Shown here: piece after piece, positions 53,151 through 64,000 of the stretch
Layout: each line of letters begins with the position of its first letter
Position numbering within the stretch: position 1 is the first letter of the stretch
From: Diadema antillarum
Taxonomy: Eukaryota
Direction of reading: 5' to 3'
DNA: 64,000 nt
Assembly (NCBI RefSeq): GCF_040938485.1
Contig: NW_027270981.1
Span: forward strand, 1,364,001-1,428,000
The notes under the pieces: generated by a model
Database searches by the model: none
The model's input: only the letters and a program-made list of their open reading frames with translations
What the model was told of the DNA's origin: nothing
Translations under genes and position numbers: made by a program

Positions 53151-54524
53151 GTAACAGTTAATGCTACATATACACGTCCATCATAGCTTGGAAGTGCACA
53201 TTGTTGCCATGTAGTCCCGTACCTTAAAATATGTGTGTCTGAGATAATACTTTGTTAGCGTACTCATCTAACTCAGCTCAGTAAATACAGTAAAGTAACG
53301 TTAGGCCTCTTACAGCTACATCAATCTCAACTAACGTTGTTAGTGTTTTCTATTAAATGCTTTACTCCAGACATAGTCTTTTCTCCAGTCTTATTACATC
53401 TGAGCTTAATTTTGCAACCTTGAATTATTATGAAACTCATATTAATGGTTTCATTTATTTTTAGTAAATTTTAATGTTTATTCTTTTTTTTTGTATTTCA
53501 GCCAACATGCTTTTCCCTAAAATTTATATGGTATGGTTGAGGGGTCTAGATATCGCGCGCAAAAATTTGTGATGCTCTTAATTCCACAATCATACTGAAT
53601 TTTTCAATAAATGTTACGAAAATGCAGAAAAATCACCTCCCAGAATCTCCTGATGATAGTGATACGATGACGGAGTAGTGCACTGTCGCCGTTTGTATGT
53701 CAGACTTAATTTCATGCATTCAATTTCTTGGAGTATGTAAAGGTCACGCAGCTGCCCTATGTAGTTTCATGTGTGAAAGTGTCTGCCCCTCTGCGGCTGT
53801 AACATGCTTTGGCTTTCGTAGAATATCATAAACGATTGATTGAACAAATTACGAATTCTATCGGCTACGAACGAGACAAGCGAGACGACATGTCTAGGAT
53901 ACAACATCCTTAAAAACATATTTTAAGCTAAGGTAGGTAAATTACAAGGTAAAACATTGGAAATTTAGTGAAAAATTTGTTCGAAAAAATTGGAAATTTA
54001 GTGAGAAATTTGTTCGAAATCAAAATTTCTAACCTGCTTCCTTCTCATGTTTAGCGGTTGTCGGGTATGTTTATTCCATGGGCGTATCGGCAAATTTTGC
54101 GCTTAGTCCTACGCGTAATATTGCTTGCTATACGTAGTTTCGCTATGCGCGACCATTAAGTCCCTGCGCAAGATCTAGTACCCTTATATACAGTGTAGGC
54201 CCCCTATGCCTAATCTTGTTGTGTTGCATATTTTAAGTAAAGCTTTCAGGCAGCCTACATAGTTAGCTTCCTCTGACTGAGTCTGAGTCATAATTTTGAT
54301 GAACAGCTGTATTAAAGCCTGGCCTATAAGATTCAATCTACAGAGTATTATAAGTGGTGTTTTTTTCTCGGTCATGTATAATATCTGATGATTATGTGAT
54401 GATCATATAGAGATGTCTGTTATACATTAAAAAGTGCATACACGTAATTACAGCTGTAAGAAAGTAATTCCAGGATTTCAAGCAGCTACTTGTTGATGAA
54501 TTCCTTTGCAGATCCCTTTCAGGA

Positions 54525-57500
54525 ATGGCTGTCCTGCACTACTTTACCACCCCAGCTTTGAGTGACGGGGCTCATCAGACAACACTAGCCAAGGTAAAAG
54601 GCATTGTGGGACAGGATGCTGATGTGATGCTTCAAACAGAGGCCTGCTACAACATCCAAGTAGATGATGGTGGTGAGTGTATAATCATTCAGTATTGTCT
54701 GTGTGATTTCTGCACTTCCTCATCCTACTAAACAGGTAGATGATTCCTCTGTCTCTGTTTTTTTTTTTAAATTCCTTCTTTTCCTTCTTTTCCCCCTTGA
54801 ATCTTTTTCTTGTTCTCTTTTTTCTTTTTTATTCCTTTTCTTCCTTTCTTGTGAATTCAGTAACTCCTCAAAGTGTGACAGTAAGTTGAAAGCCCGTCAG
54901 TTTGTCATGTAAACATTACATGAATGATTATCAGTTCCTTAAAACCGACAACAAACAGCAAACTTGCAAAGGAGTCGAGTTTGATTAGTCGTGATCATTC
55001 ATGGTACAACGGTTCTTTAGTGTCTAACAAAAAATTACCAGATGAACAATTGAATGAACAAGGTGAACAATTTCAAAGTTTGACCTAGAAGAATATGATA
55101 CTGTCTCAAAGAAAAATGATAAATTGATATCATGATAGGTGTTCCTATAAAAATGTAGTCATACATGTATGAGAGGCTGGAATGTAATTTTGATTTTTAG
55201 AGGCAATTAAATGTGTTTTGTTTTATTTTGTGTCTACTTTTCAAGATCTGTCAGCTGAAGATGTGAAGAAGCTGCTCTTCATCATCGGGATTCCCTTTCA
55301 GGAAGACAGGATCTCATCTACATCTGTGCTTGATGCAAGAAGGACGGATGGATCCTTACTTATCGAGATAGGACCTAGGTGAGGTGCCATGCTTTCCTGT
55401 CTTAGTTGTGGCAGTTAGGAGGAAAGTGTCTGCCAGTATGCTTGAAACATGATGCATCTTTGTTTTACAAAAATGTTAAGGAATGCACAGAATTATGTTA
55501 TATTTTATTCGTCTATTTTTATGTATTTATGTATTTATTTATTTATTTGTTTATTGGTTGTAGGACTGGCCATGCCTGTAGGAAGGAAAACTACAGTCGG
55601 CATGTTTTACTTTGAATGATATGAATATGTGTACATAGCTCACAAGTAAAGAGGTTCCTTCTTTGGAGAGTTCTTCAAGGAAATTTTTGTTTGTGAGGTA
55701 TAAGTCAAATATAGTATAGCTCTCACATAAACCATTTATGTCAAATTTTATGTTTTGCCTCAACCCATTGTGCAATTGCATCCTATGATCTGTCCACATG
55801 TGATGTGTACTCAGAGGACTGTTCAGTTGTGTCAGCTTTTAGTTTTCAAGTAAAATTCAAATGGGAGTCAAATGTTTATATCTAGCTGTGCATTTACAGA
55901 TTTTGAATATTTTTGATTATTTGTTTTCAGCTGAATACAATACATCATTCTTGCCTCTATCACAGGGATTAATACCTGGGTAGATAATCCAATCCTCGCT
56001 GTCTTTGATTATGTAGTGCATGGACAATTACTTTCTAAGATTGGATCCATTTCAACTCATATGCAATTGAATAAAGAGAAACCATAAAGTATATATATTT
56101 ACACTGTGCCATTCTTCAAACATATTTGTGTGTGATTCTCATATTTGTCCAGCACTCATGTGAAACTTGTGTATTCTTGTGACATCGTCTTTGTCAAACA
56201 CATGTTCTTCTGCATGCACATTGTGGGATTGAATTTGCCTTGTACTCAACTGAAAAAGAGCTTGTCTCTTTGTGATATGCTGTGACAAAGAAACTTTGAA
56301 TTCATCTAAGCAAGCCTGACTTCTGTTCACTGCGCCAGGTTGAACTTCTCCACAGCTTGGTCAACTAATGCAGTCTCCATCTGCCAGTCAGCTGGGCTTG
56401 GGAACATCTCGCGCATTGAGCGCTCAAGACGCTTCCTCATTGCAGCTAATGGCTCTGCAGTGTTGGCTGATGCCGAGCGTGCCATTGTAGCTGCCCTCCA
56501 TGATCGCATGACAGAATGCCGTTACTCTGAGCCACTCAAGAGCTTTGCCATCAACGTAAACCCGGAAGACGTCTATGATGTGGATATCATGGAGCAGGGA
56601 CAAGCAGCTCTGAGGAAAGCTAACAAAGATCTTGGTTAGTTAGAAACCTCTTGAAAGGCAGCCTTATCAGATCCATGAACATGTAATTTAAAGCCTTCTG
56701 CGCAAGTCATCAGATTGGCTCATTGTAGCTTCAAATTACACTTCGTTGTCCACTCAACCCATTTTTTTAATTGTTTGTTTTCCAAAGGCAAGTGACTGCT
56801 ATTGAGCACCATTCAATATATGCTCAAGTTTAATTTTCGCTTGTGAAAAGTTTTCATTGCATAATGATCGGCAGTTGCTGTAGCTTTCAAAAGATGAGTA
56901 AAAAAATGTGAAACATTTTGTGACTTGTGCCAGTAACCATATGTTTGCAGAGTCATTTATTTTGAAGTAAAGAGTGCAGAACGTTAATGATATTTCATGT
57001 TTTTTTTTCCATGCAGGCCTTGCTTTCGATGAGTGGGATCTTGAATACTACACTGACATGTTTGTCAACAAGGTCAAGAGAAATCCAACAAGCGTGGAGT
57101 GCTTTGACCTTGCTCAGTCAAACAGGTATCATCCAATCACAGTCTCATGCACAACCGTGATACTTGATTACATCCTGAGTTGTATATAACTGAATTTTGC
57201 TTGTTCCAAACATTTCACCCTTCTCTTGCAAGTAAGAAATGTTTTCAAGTAGGGAATGTGATTTGCACTGCAAAGACAAAAACAAAGAGTTTCAAAAATC
57301 ACAGAGAAGGAAAAACATCATACTGGTTATTGAAGGAATATCCAATATGGAAGGCAGAAGGTTATAGAAGGAAAATGTCATCAGCATTAATATTCTAAAG
57401 AAACTCTGCACTATTATTTGCAAGCATCTTACTGTGGCAACTGTACCTTTGTCATGTAAGAGCAAATATCTGAAAGCTCAACTTAAACAGGAACTTATCT

Positions 57501-60500
57501 CCCTGCATTTCATACAAAAACGAGAAAGAGTTCAACATGTTGGTACTGGTACCTTGTGATGTAAAGATGATAGTGTTGATATTGTTGGCACCTTTTGATG
57601 ATATGTTTGTAATTATGATGCTCTTTTTTTTGTCATTACGTTGTATTTAATATTTTTGTTTCTATTTTGGTTTGCAGCGAGCACAGCCGTCACTGGTTCT
57701 TCAAGGGTCGGATGGTGGTGGAAGGGGAGGAAAAGGAGGACTCACTCTTCAAGATGGTGATGAAGACCCAAGAGACGAGCAACCCAAACAACGTCATCAA
57801 ATTTTCTGACAACAGCAGGTACCATTTTTGTCACCTTCCTCCCCCCCCCCCCCCCCAAGAAAAAAATACAATGTTGTAGTACGAAGAGAGTGGATCTCCC
57901 CATTTGATCCATTGGGGATGAGCTGTTTTTGCTTTGATACGCATTTCCCATACACACTGGCCCAAGAATGCTTTCAACTAGTCTTCAATGGGTTAAGTTC
58001 CTATCATGTCAAAGTTCTAGAAATCCTGCTGAGAATGTCACATTGATACAAGTACCAATCATTTGCTGCTGCTCCACCTGCCACAGGGAGTAAATAATGC
58101 ACAAATGGCACTTTGTATTACAGTATGGCACCTAGAAACATTGTGTATTATAAGGTGTGTTTTTTTTTTCCAAACAAGTGTTTCATGAAGAATAAGTCAT
58201 GTGCAAATTCAAAATCAAATTTATTCAGCATCTTCTGCATTGATTTAATCCCAAATGGAATACAATCATTTTAGAAAACAATGAGACTTACTATTGGTAC
58301 ATTCAATCATAACTATGATTGCATGTACACTATCGACTGATGACAGAATGATAAGATGTGTTGATTTAGGACTATTCAGGATAGAGGAATAAACAGCAAT
58401 CTGACTGTTCATCTCTTCAAGGTACAGTCAGGTCCAGAAAATATCTGAAAGAAAAGAGATGATGAAACACTCCCTTGAACATTCTGAGAAGGACCTTGAT
58501 ATTTTCTTGTGACTGTCGTTGCAGTGCCATCAAGGGATTTACCATGAGGGCGCTCTATCCAGCCAGCCCCGGTTCCGCCGCCACACCCATGACAGAGAAG
58601 AGTCTTGACCGACATATCATCTTTACTGCTGAGACACATAACTTCCCCACAGGTATAAATCTTAATTGGAACAGATGTGGTACTGGTCTAGAAGAAAGTT
58701 TTGCCACTGGTGTTGTTTTTGCGATGATGTGCAACTCTTGTGAGCTGTACAGTGCACTCCAATTATAACAAACACGGTTATAATAAAATTCCAGTTACAA
58801 TGAAGTAAAAATTCAGGCCGTAATATTATCCCTTCTATGTGTTTTATTGTTTATTTGTTCGGTTATAACAAAATTTTGATATAATGAAAGAAAACTGCCG
58901 GTCCTGAGGACTTCATTATAACGGGACTCCACTGTACCACATAAATTTTTAGGCAAAGATGATCATTAGAACTATTAATATATACTTACCATGCTTTGGG
59001 GATGATCTCGAGATATTGCTACCTCTATGAAATCCAATTAATGATGGTGGAAGCAGCAGAGGTTGCCAGTGCCAAGGTGTCTCCATTCCTGGTCTTGTTA
59101 TAGCAGCGTGATTATTTGAATTTATCCTATTAATGTTATTAAACATTATTTGCCGACACTTCTTATCCCTCTTCTTTTTCATCATCTCCCTCCTCCCAGC
59201 CTCATCAATTTTCTTCATATGTTCTGTAGTCTCCTTCCCTCCTTACCTATTCTTTTGTTCTTAATCATTTACTTCTCCTTCTCCTCTTTTTGCTTATATC
59301 TTTGTTCTTTTTTTGTGTTCTTGTTCTTCTTTTTCCTTTCCTCCTCTCTTCTGCACCTCTCTGCTTCTCTTTTTGTTATTATTACCATTTCAATAACAAA
59401 CTTCATGGTGGGTTTTTTTTTTCTGCTCCATTTTGCTGCCAGGTGTTGCGCCCTTTAGTGGAGCCACAACAGGGACTGGTGGGCGAATCAGAGACGTGCA
59501 GTCTGCTGGACGAGGCTCTCACGTTGTGGCTGGGACAGCAGGCTACTGCTTTGGCAATTTGCATATACCAGGTCAGAGGTCATTTGCTTTGTCATGAAAG
59601 TATTTGAAAGCTTGGAGAATGTTAGTTTAATACTAGCTCCATGAGAGTAGTTTATCACTTCAGCGAGTTGTTTTCAATGATGTGAGACAGGTCACATAGG
59701 ATTATAATTCTTCAGTTTTTGATTTGCTTTTAAACAGAATTGTCAAACAGCTGGTGAGAGATACTGTGTTTATATTATGTGCACTTTTCAAGTGTATATT
59801 ACTGAGGACTTGACATCAGGGATGAATAAAACAATCATCACATGAAATGCTAGCAGATTGAGTTTTTAAGGTTTAAGTTTTGATGATGGTCATAAGTGAG
59901 TTTCAAAAACAAAGTCTGCTGCACCAAATTTTGTCCTGCATGAACATCTGTTCATGTAAAAGAATGGCAGGCAAGTCCTGGAGTACTTTTAATAGGTCCA
60001 CATAATGTCTCTCTTTATCAGGTGTATTTGGGATTCTGTAACTGCTTCAGATTTTCTGTCTGTTTATGCTTAAGTTCTGGGTTGATGAGCAGTGCATGAA
60101 CAACATGTCAACGTGTATGTTTGTTTTTTTTTGAAAGACTTGAAAATGTTTAGTGCCCCAACCCAGTGCACCATCCATAGTCTATTGACCATGATTTTTG
60201 TTAATAATCTGCATATTAGATTTAGTTTGGTCATGCTGACGGCAGCTTACCTCTGCAATGCTTCTTCACCTTGTCATGTGGCATTACATTCTGATCACAG
60301 GCTATCAGCTACCGTGGGAGGACCCCTCATTCGTATATCCCAGCAACATGGCCCGCCCTCTGGAAGTTGCCGTGGAAGCGAGCAATGGTGCCTCGGACTA
60401 CGGTAACAAGTTTGGGGAGCCGGTCCTGGCCGGCTTTGCCCGGTCCTTCGGGATGCTCATCAGTGGAGACGAGAGAAGGGAGTGGGTGAAACCCATTATG

Positions 60501-63500
60501 TTCTCGGGGGGTATCGGGTCTCTGGAAGAGGGACACATCAAGAAAGACCAACCAGCGACAGGTGAGTGTTCTGTGCCAACTTCTAGGCAGTACCGTTCAT
60601 ACTCTTTATGAGTGTGCCATATTTGGTTTAGCGCTAATGCTTGGTGTGTGTATGCAGTACAAGCAAGTTCTCATTGTGATGGATTGTGATGGTGTAGTCA
60701 ACAATATTCCTGCTTTATGTCCATGTTCAATTCCAGATTAAAAGTGCCTCATTGCACAGTCTCAGTTTTTTTTTCCCACCTTTGCGGGTGACTGGGAAAA
60801 GATGAGCAAGCAGTATAACATTTGTTGCAGGAATTGAGATTCTGATCGCCTGTCTATGATGAAAGTCAAACAAGGCATTGTCACATTGAGGTTTGATTTG
60901 GGCTAAGCTGTGTAGTTGAGAATGTTTACGCTCATAAACTTTCTCTGCATTTGACTTATTTTGAAAAAGAGTTCATTTGTAAAGAGAGAATGTGGTACGA
61001 CTTGTCAAAATGTACATGGTGTTACTCTTGCTGTCTTCCCCTCTTACCCCTCTGCAACTCACGTCCCACACCCCTAGGAATGAAGGTGGTGAAACTCGGT
61101 GGTCCAGTGTACCGCATTGGAGTTGGAGGGGGAGCGGCCTCTTCCATTCAGGTGCAGGGGGACAACACGGAGGATCTGGACTTTGGGGCTGTGCAGCGAG
61201 GGGATGCCGAGATGGAGCAGAAACTGAACCGTGTGGTGAGAGCCTGCATTGAGATGGGAGAGAAGAACCCTATCTGTAGCATCCATGACCAGGGAGCAGG
61301 CGGGAATGGTTAGTAAAATTATATCTATTTGGCCTCATTCATCTGCTATTTTGCACCATGTTTGTGCCACTATCCTGACAATGAGTGAAATTTCTCACTT
61401 TTCGGAAGTGACCTTTTGTCTTCACTCAGTGTAGCATTATTGTGAGTGGCTATTCTTCACTGTTGTCCATCACAGATTTATGCTTATTCTACTCTGATAC
61501 AAGTCATCTTGATTTGATCAAGCTTCATTTGCAAACAAAAAATAGAAGAGGAAGAAAAAAAATATGGATTTCACATGCTGTATCAAATGCTGCATGAAGT
61601 GCAAGGATTACTTGTTTCATACCATTTGAAAAGGAATGATATAGCTTTGTGGTCATACACTCCTAAGAATACTTTGCTCTTATGAACAGGAAATATTGTG
61701 TGTGAAAACTACCCAGTGATTACATCTGTGGACAAAATCCTGAAATGATAATGATAATGATAATACAATACATTTCTTAAGCACTTAGTATGGATGTTCC
61801 TGAGCATTTACCCAAAAAATTAAGATTTAATCCAAATAATACAAATATAAAAAAATGCCCACAATCTTCCTCTTGGCAGTAGACTTGGGTGTGTCTAAGT
61901 TGTTATCTGAAAATTGCTGAGAGAAAAGTTGGTACACCAAAGAGAATGCCAGTAATGGTGTAGGGATCGCCTTTCTTGTTTCCCCAGGCAATGTCCTGAA
62001 GGAGATTTGTGAGCCAGCCGGAGCCGTGATCAGAACCAAGGCCTTCCAGCTGGGGGACCCCACCCTCACAACTTTGGAGATCTGGGGGGCCGAGTACCAG
62101 GAGAGCAATGCCATCCTGGTGAAAGAGGAAGATGATGGGTTGCTAAGCAACATGTGCCGGAGGGAGAGATGCCCTGTCAACTTTGTCGGAGAGATCACGG
62201 GTGATGGAAAGGTGGGGTTTTTTCTTGAAAGAGAGACACCCATTTGATTAAAAAAAAAGAAGATAATGTGACATTGATTTCAATATTACATTTACATTAT
62301 TTGTCACTTCCTCACTAGACTTCATTCACTCTGTTAACATTTTCACCCTAAAGTAGATGTCAGGTAAGAAAAGTTGCGCTGGTACTCTACCGTTTTGGCT
62401 CATAACTGACACTATAAAGTGTTGTAGTGTTTTAATAGTATCAATAATGCTACTACATCTGAATGTTTTTACCTAATTATGATTTTTTTTTCTGTCATAA
62501 AATTCAGAAATAAAGATCTGTCTTATCAATTTCTGGACAAAAGATCTCTGTTTAAAGTGATGCAAATGAGAGAATAAGTATATTTGTGCATTTTACTTGT
62601 AGATGATTGAAAATCATATGTTTGCTGTGACACAAATCTGTAAAGTCTGCATTCAGTGGCCGTACTATGTGTATGCTTGTACTTCTTCCTGTTTTAGGTT
62701 TTTAAATTGAAATTGTGAGATAGATATGAGAATATTGCAGTGTGTACAGAACATAACATGTTGAACTGAGCATGTTTAAGACCAACACATGTTACCCTCA
62801 TCTATCATGTTGCGTAGATCCGTTTGGAGGATGAGAAAAGAGAGCTGATGAATGGATCTGGCGATGGCAGTCAGTCACCCACGAAGAAGAGCAGAGTGGT
62901 TCAGTATCCTGTGGACCTGGACTTGGAGTGGGTGCTAGGTTCAATGCCTAGGAAGGTTTGTTACTTACTCAACACTTTACTGCCAAAATGGATTACATTA
63001 TTTTGGTATCCCCAACAGTCATGCACATATTAAAGTAGATGTGTTTAAACCTTAGCCCTAGCTAAGGTCTTAGATTTTTATTTGTTGCTATTTTATAGGA
63101 TTCACATCATGTTCTCTCTATCAAGTAGAGGAGAAACATGTGAATAAATAAATCCATGATCCTTTGGGTAGTGTAGTAGAGAAATCCAACATTTTCATTG
63201 ACAATTTCGAAAAGTGCCTTCTGGAGATTTTATCCCTCAGTCATAAATGTTTACTCATGTGTTACGAAAAGGAGCATAGTAGCTGCCCAGTATTTAGCTG
63301 TTTTAAACAAAGTCATGATATTTGTCAAGACGTAAAAATCTTTCAGTCTCAAAGCTCTTTTGCTTTGATACAATGATTATGGATGTCTTCTACAGCAGAT
63401 TGGTCAGTATTTCATATTTGCAAGCCAGAGGCCAGATGAAGATTAGTACACAGAGCTTTTCACTTCTTTTGGAAATTAGAATGAAAACTTGTTGACCCAC

Positions 63501-63910
63501 ACTGTTGCCGCGAATGCTTCATCAATCAGTCAGAGAAGGCTGTCCCTATCTTAACCCGTTGAGGATGGACAGATTTTGCTATAGCATGCATTTCCCATAG
63601 ACACCTTTCTGAGTATTCTTGGGACTCGTCTTCAACGGGTCAATTTTGTTGGGGGCCAACAGCAAAATTGTCACGTATCGTGCCGGTCAGTGGTGTGATC
63701 TTGAGACAGAGGCAATTGTGAGGATTGAATCTGGACTGTGCAGATGTTGAATATATTGGTCATTGTATGGTACAACAGGTTTTTAAGCTGGACCGGATCA
63801 AGCCAACGATGGCTGCCCTCAATCTGCCCAGTGGACTGACTGTCAGCGATGCCCTGGACCGCGTCCTCAGACTGCCCTCGGTGGCAAGCAAGCGTTATCT
63901 GACCAACAAG
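54525..63910 (+). CDS. PFAS: Phosphoribosylformylglycinamidine synthase (FGAM synthase, large PurL type), first 12 coding exons (690 codons); continues beyond the window
   Basis: Exons 54525-54672, 55246-55378, 56339-56634, 57017-57125, 57678-57818, 58525-58652, 59443-59571, 60301-60561, 61078-61308, 61988-62211, 62818-62955 and 63779-63910. Phases are continuous and all introns are GT-AG. Motifs [63 protein letters not shown] and VASKRYLTNK. Confidence 0.97.
58750..58934. mobile_element. 185-bp Tigger/pogo-like MITE, TA TSD, in a PFAS intron
   Basis: TA|CAGTGCACTCCAATTATAAC ... ATTATAACGGGACTCCACTG|TA; same family as 16879. Confidence 0.8.
63555..63639. mobile_element. 85-bp piggyBac-type MITE in a PFAS intron
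   Basis: TTAA|CCCGTTGAGGA ... TCTTCAACGGG|TCAA. Confidence 0.75.
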
Positions 63911-64000
63911 GTATTCCACGTAATAGAAGAACTCTACCAATTAAATATTTGGCAAATGTCCACAGGGTTTACATATGTTGTCAGCCAAGGTGCTAATTCC

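Noticed and set aside
57126-57134. Possible U12-type donor in PFAS (GTATCATCC)
   Set aside because: It does not match GTATCCTT, and no U12 branch site was seen.

Overview
Eukaryotic, intron-rich, AT-rich genomic DNA from a draft assembly with three N gaps. The repeat families, TTAGGG repeats and gene content suggest an invertebrate deuterostome, probably an echinoderm such as a sea urchin; this is inference. All genes are on the + strand. In order: the last three coding exons of PTGR2 (595-3194); a complete 8-exon RFC3 (7648-14958, 356 aa); a tandem array of four two-exon genes encoding stand-alone Sulfotransfer_5-type proteins (22962-48288); and the first 12 coding exons of PFAS/purL (54525-63910, 690 codons, running off the window). 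The array proteins correspond to the N-terminal domain of plant 'BCAT-like' proteins without the aminotransferase domain. In the array, copy 1 is divergent, copies 2 and 3 are intact and show gene-conversion-like identical tracts, and copy 4 has a 1-nt frameshift. The array region is CpG-rich and packed with non-autonomous mobile elements, several nested and several datable from empty paralogous sites. One element separates copy 2 from its conserved proximal promoter block. The sulfotransferase-like array is the best candidate for an uncharacterised system. Exon coordinates were derived by hand from GT/AG boundaries and frame continuity; family assignments come from recalled motifs, not database searches.
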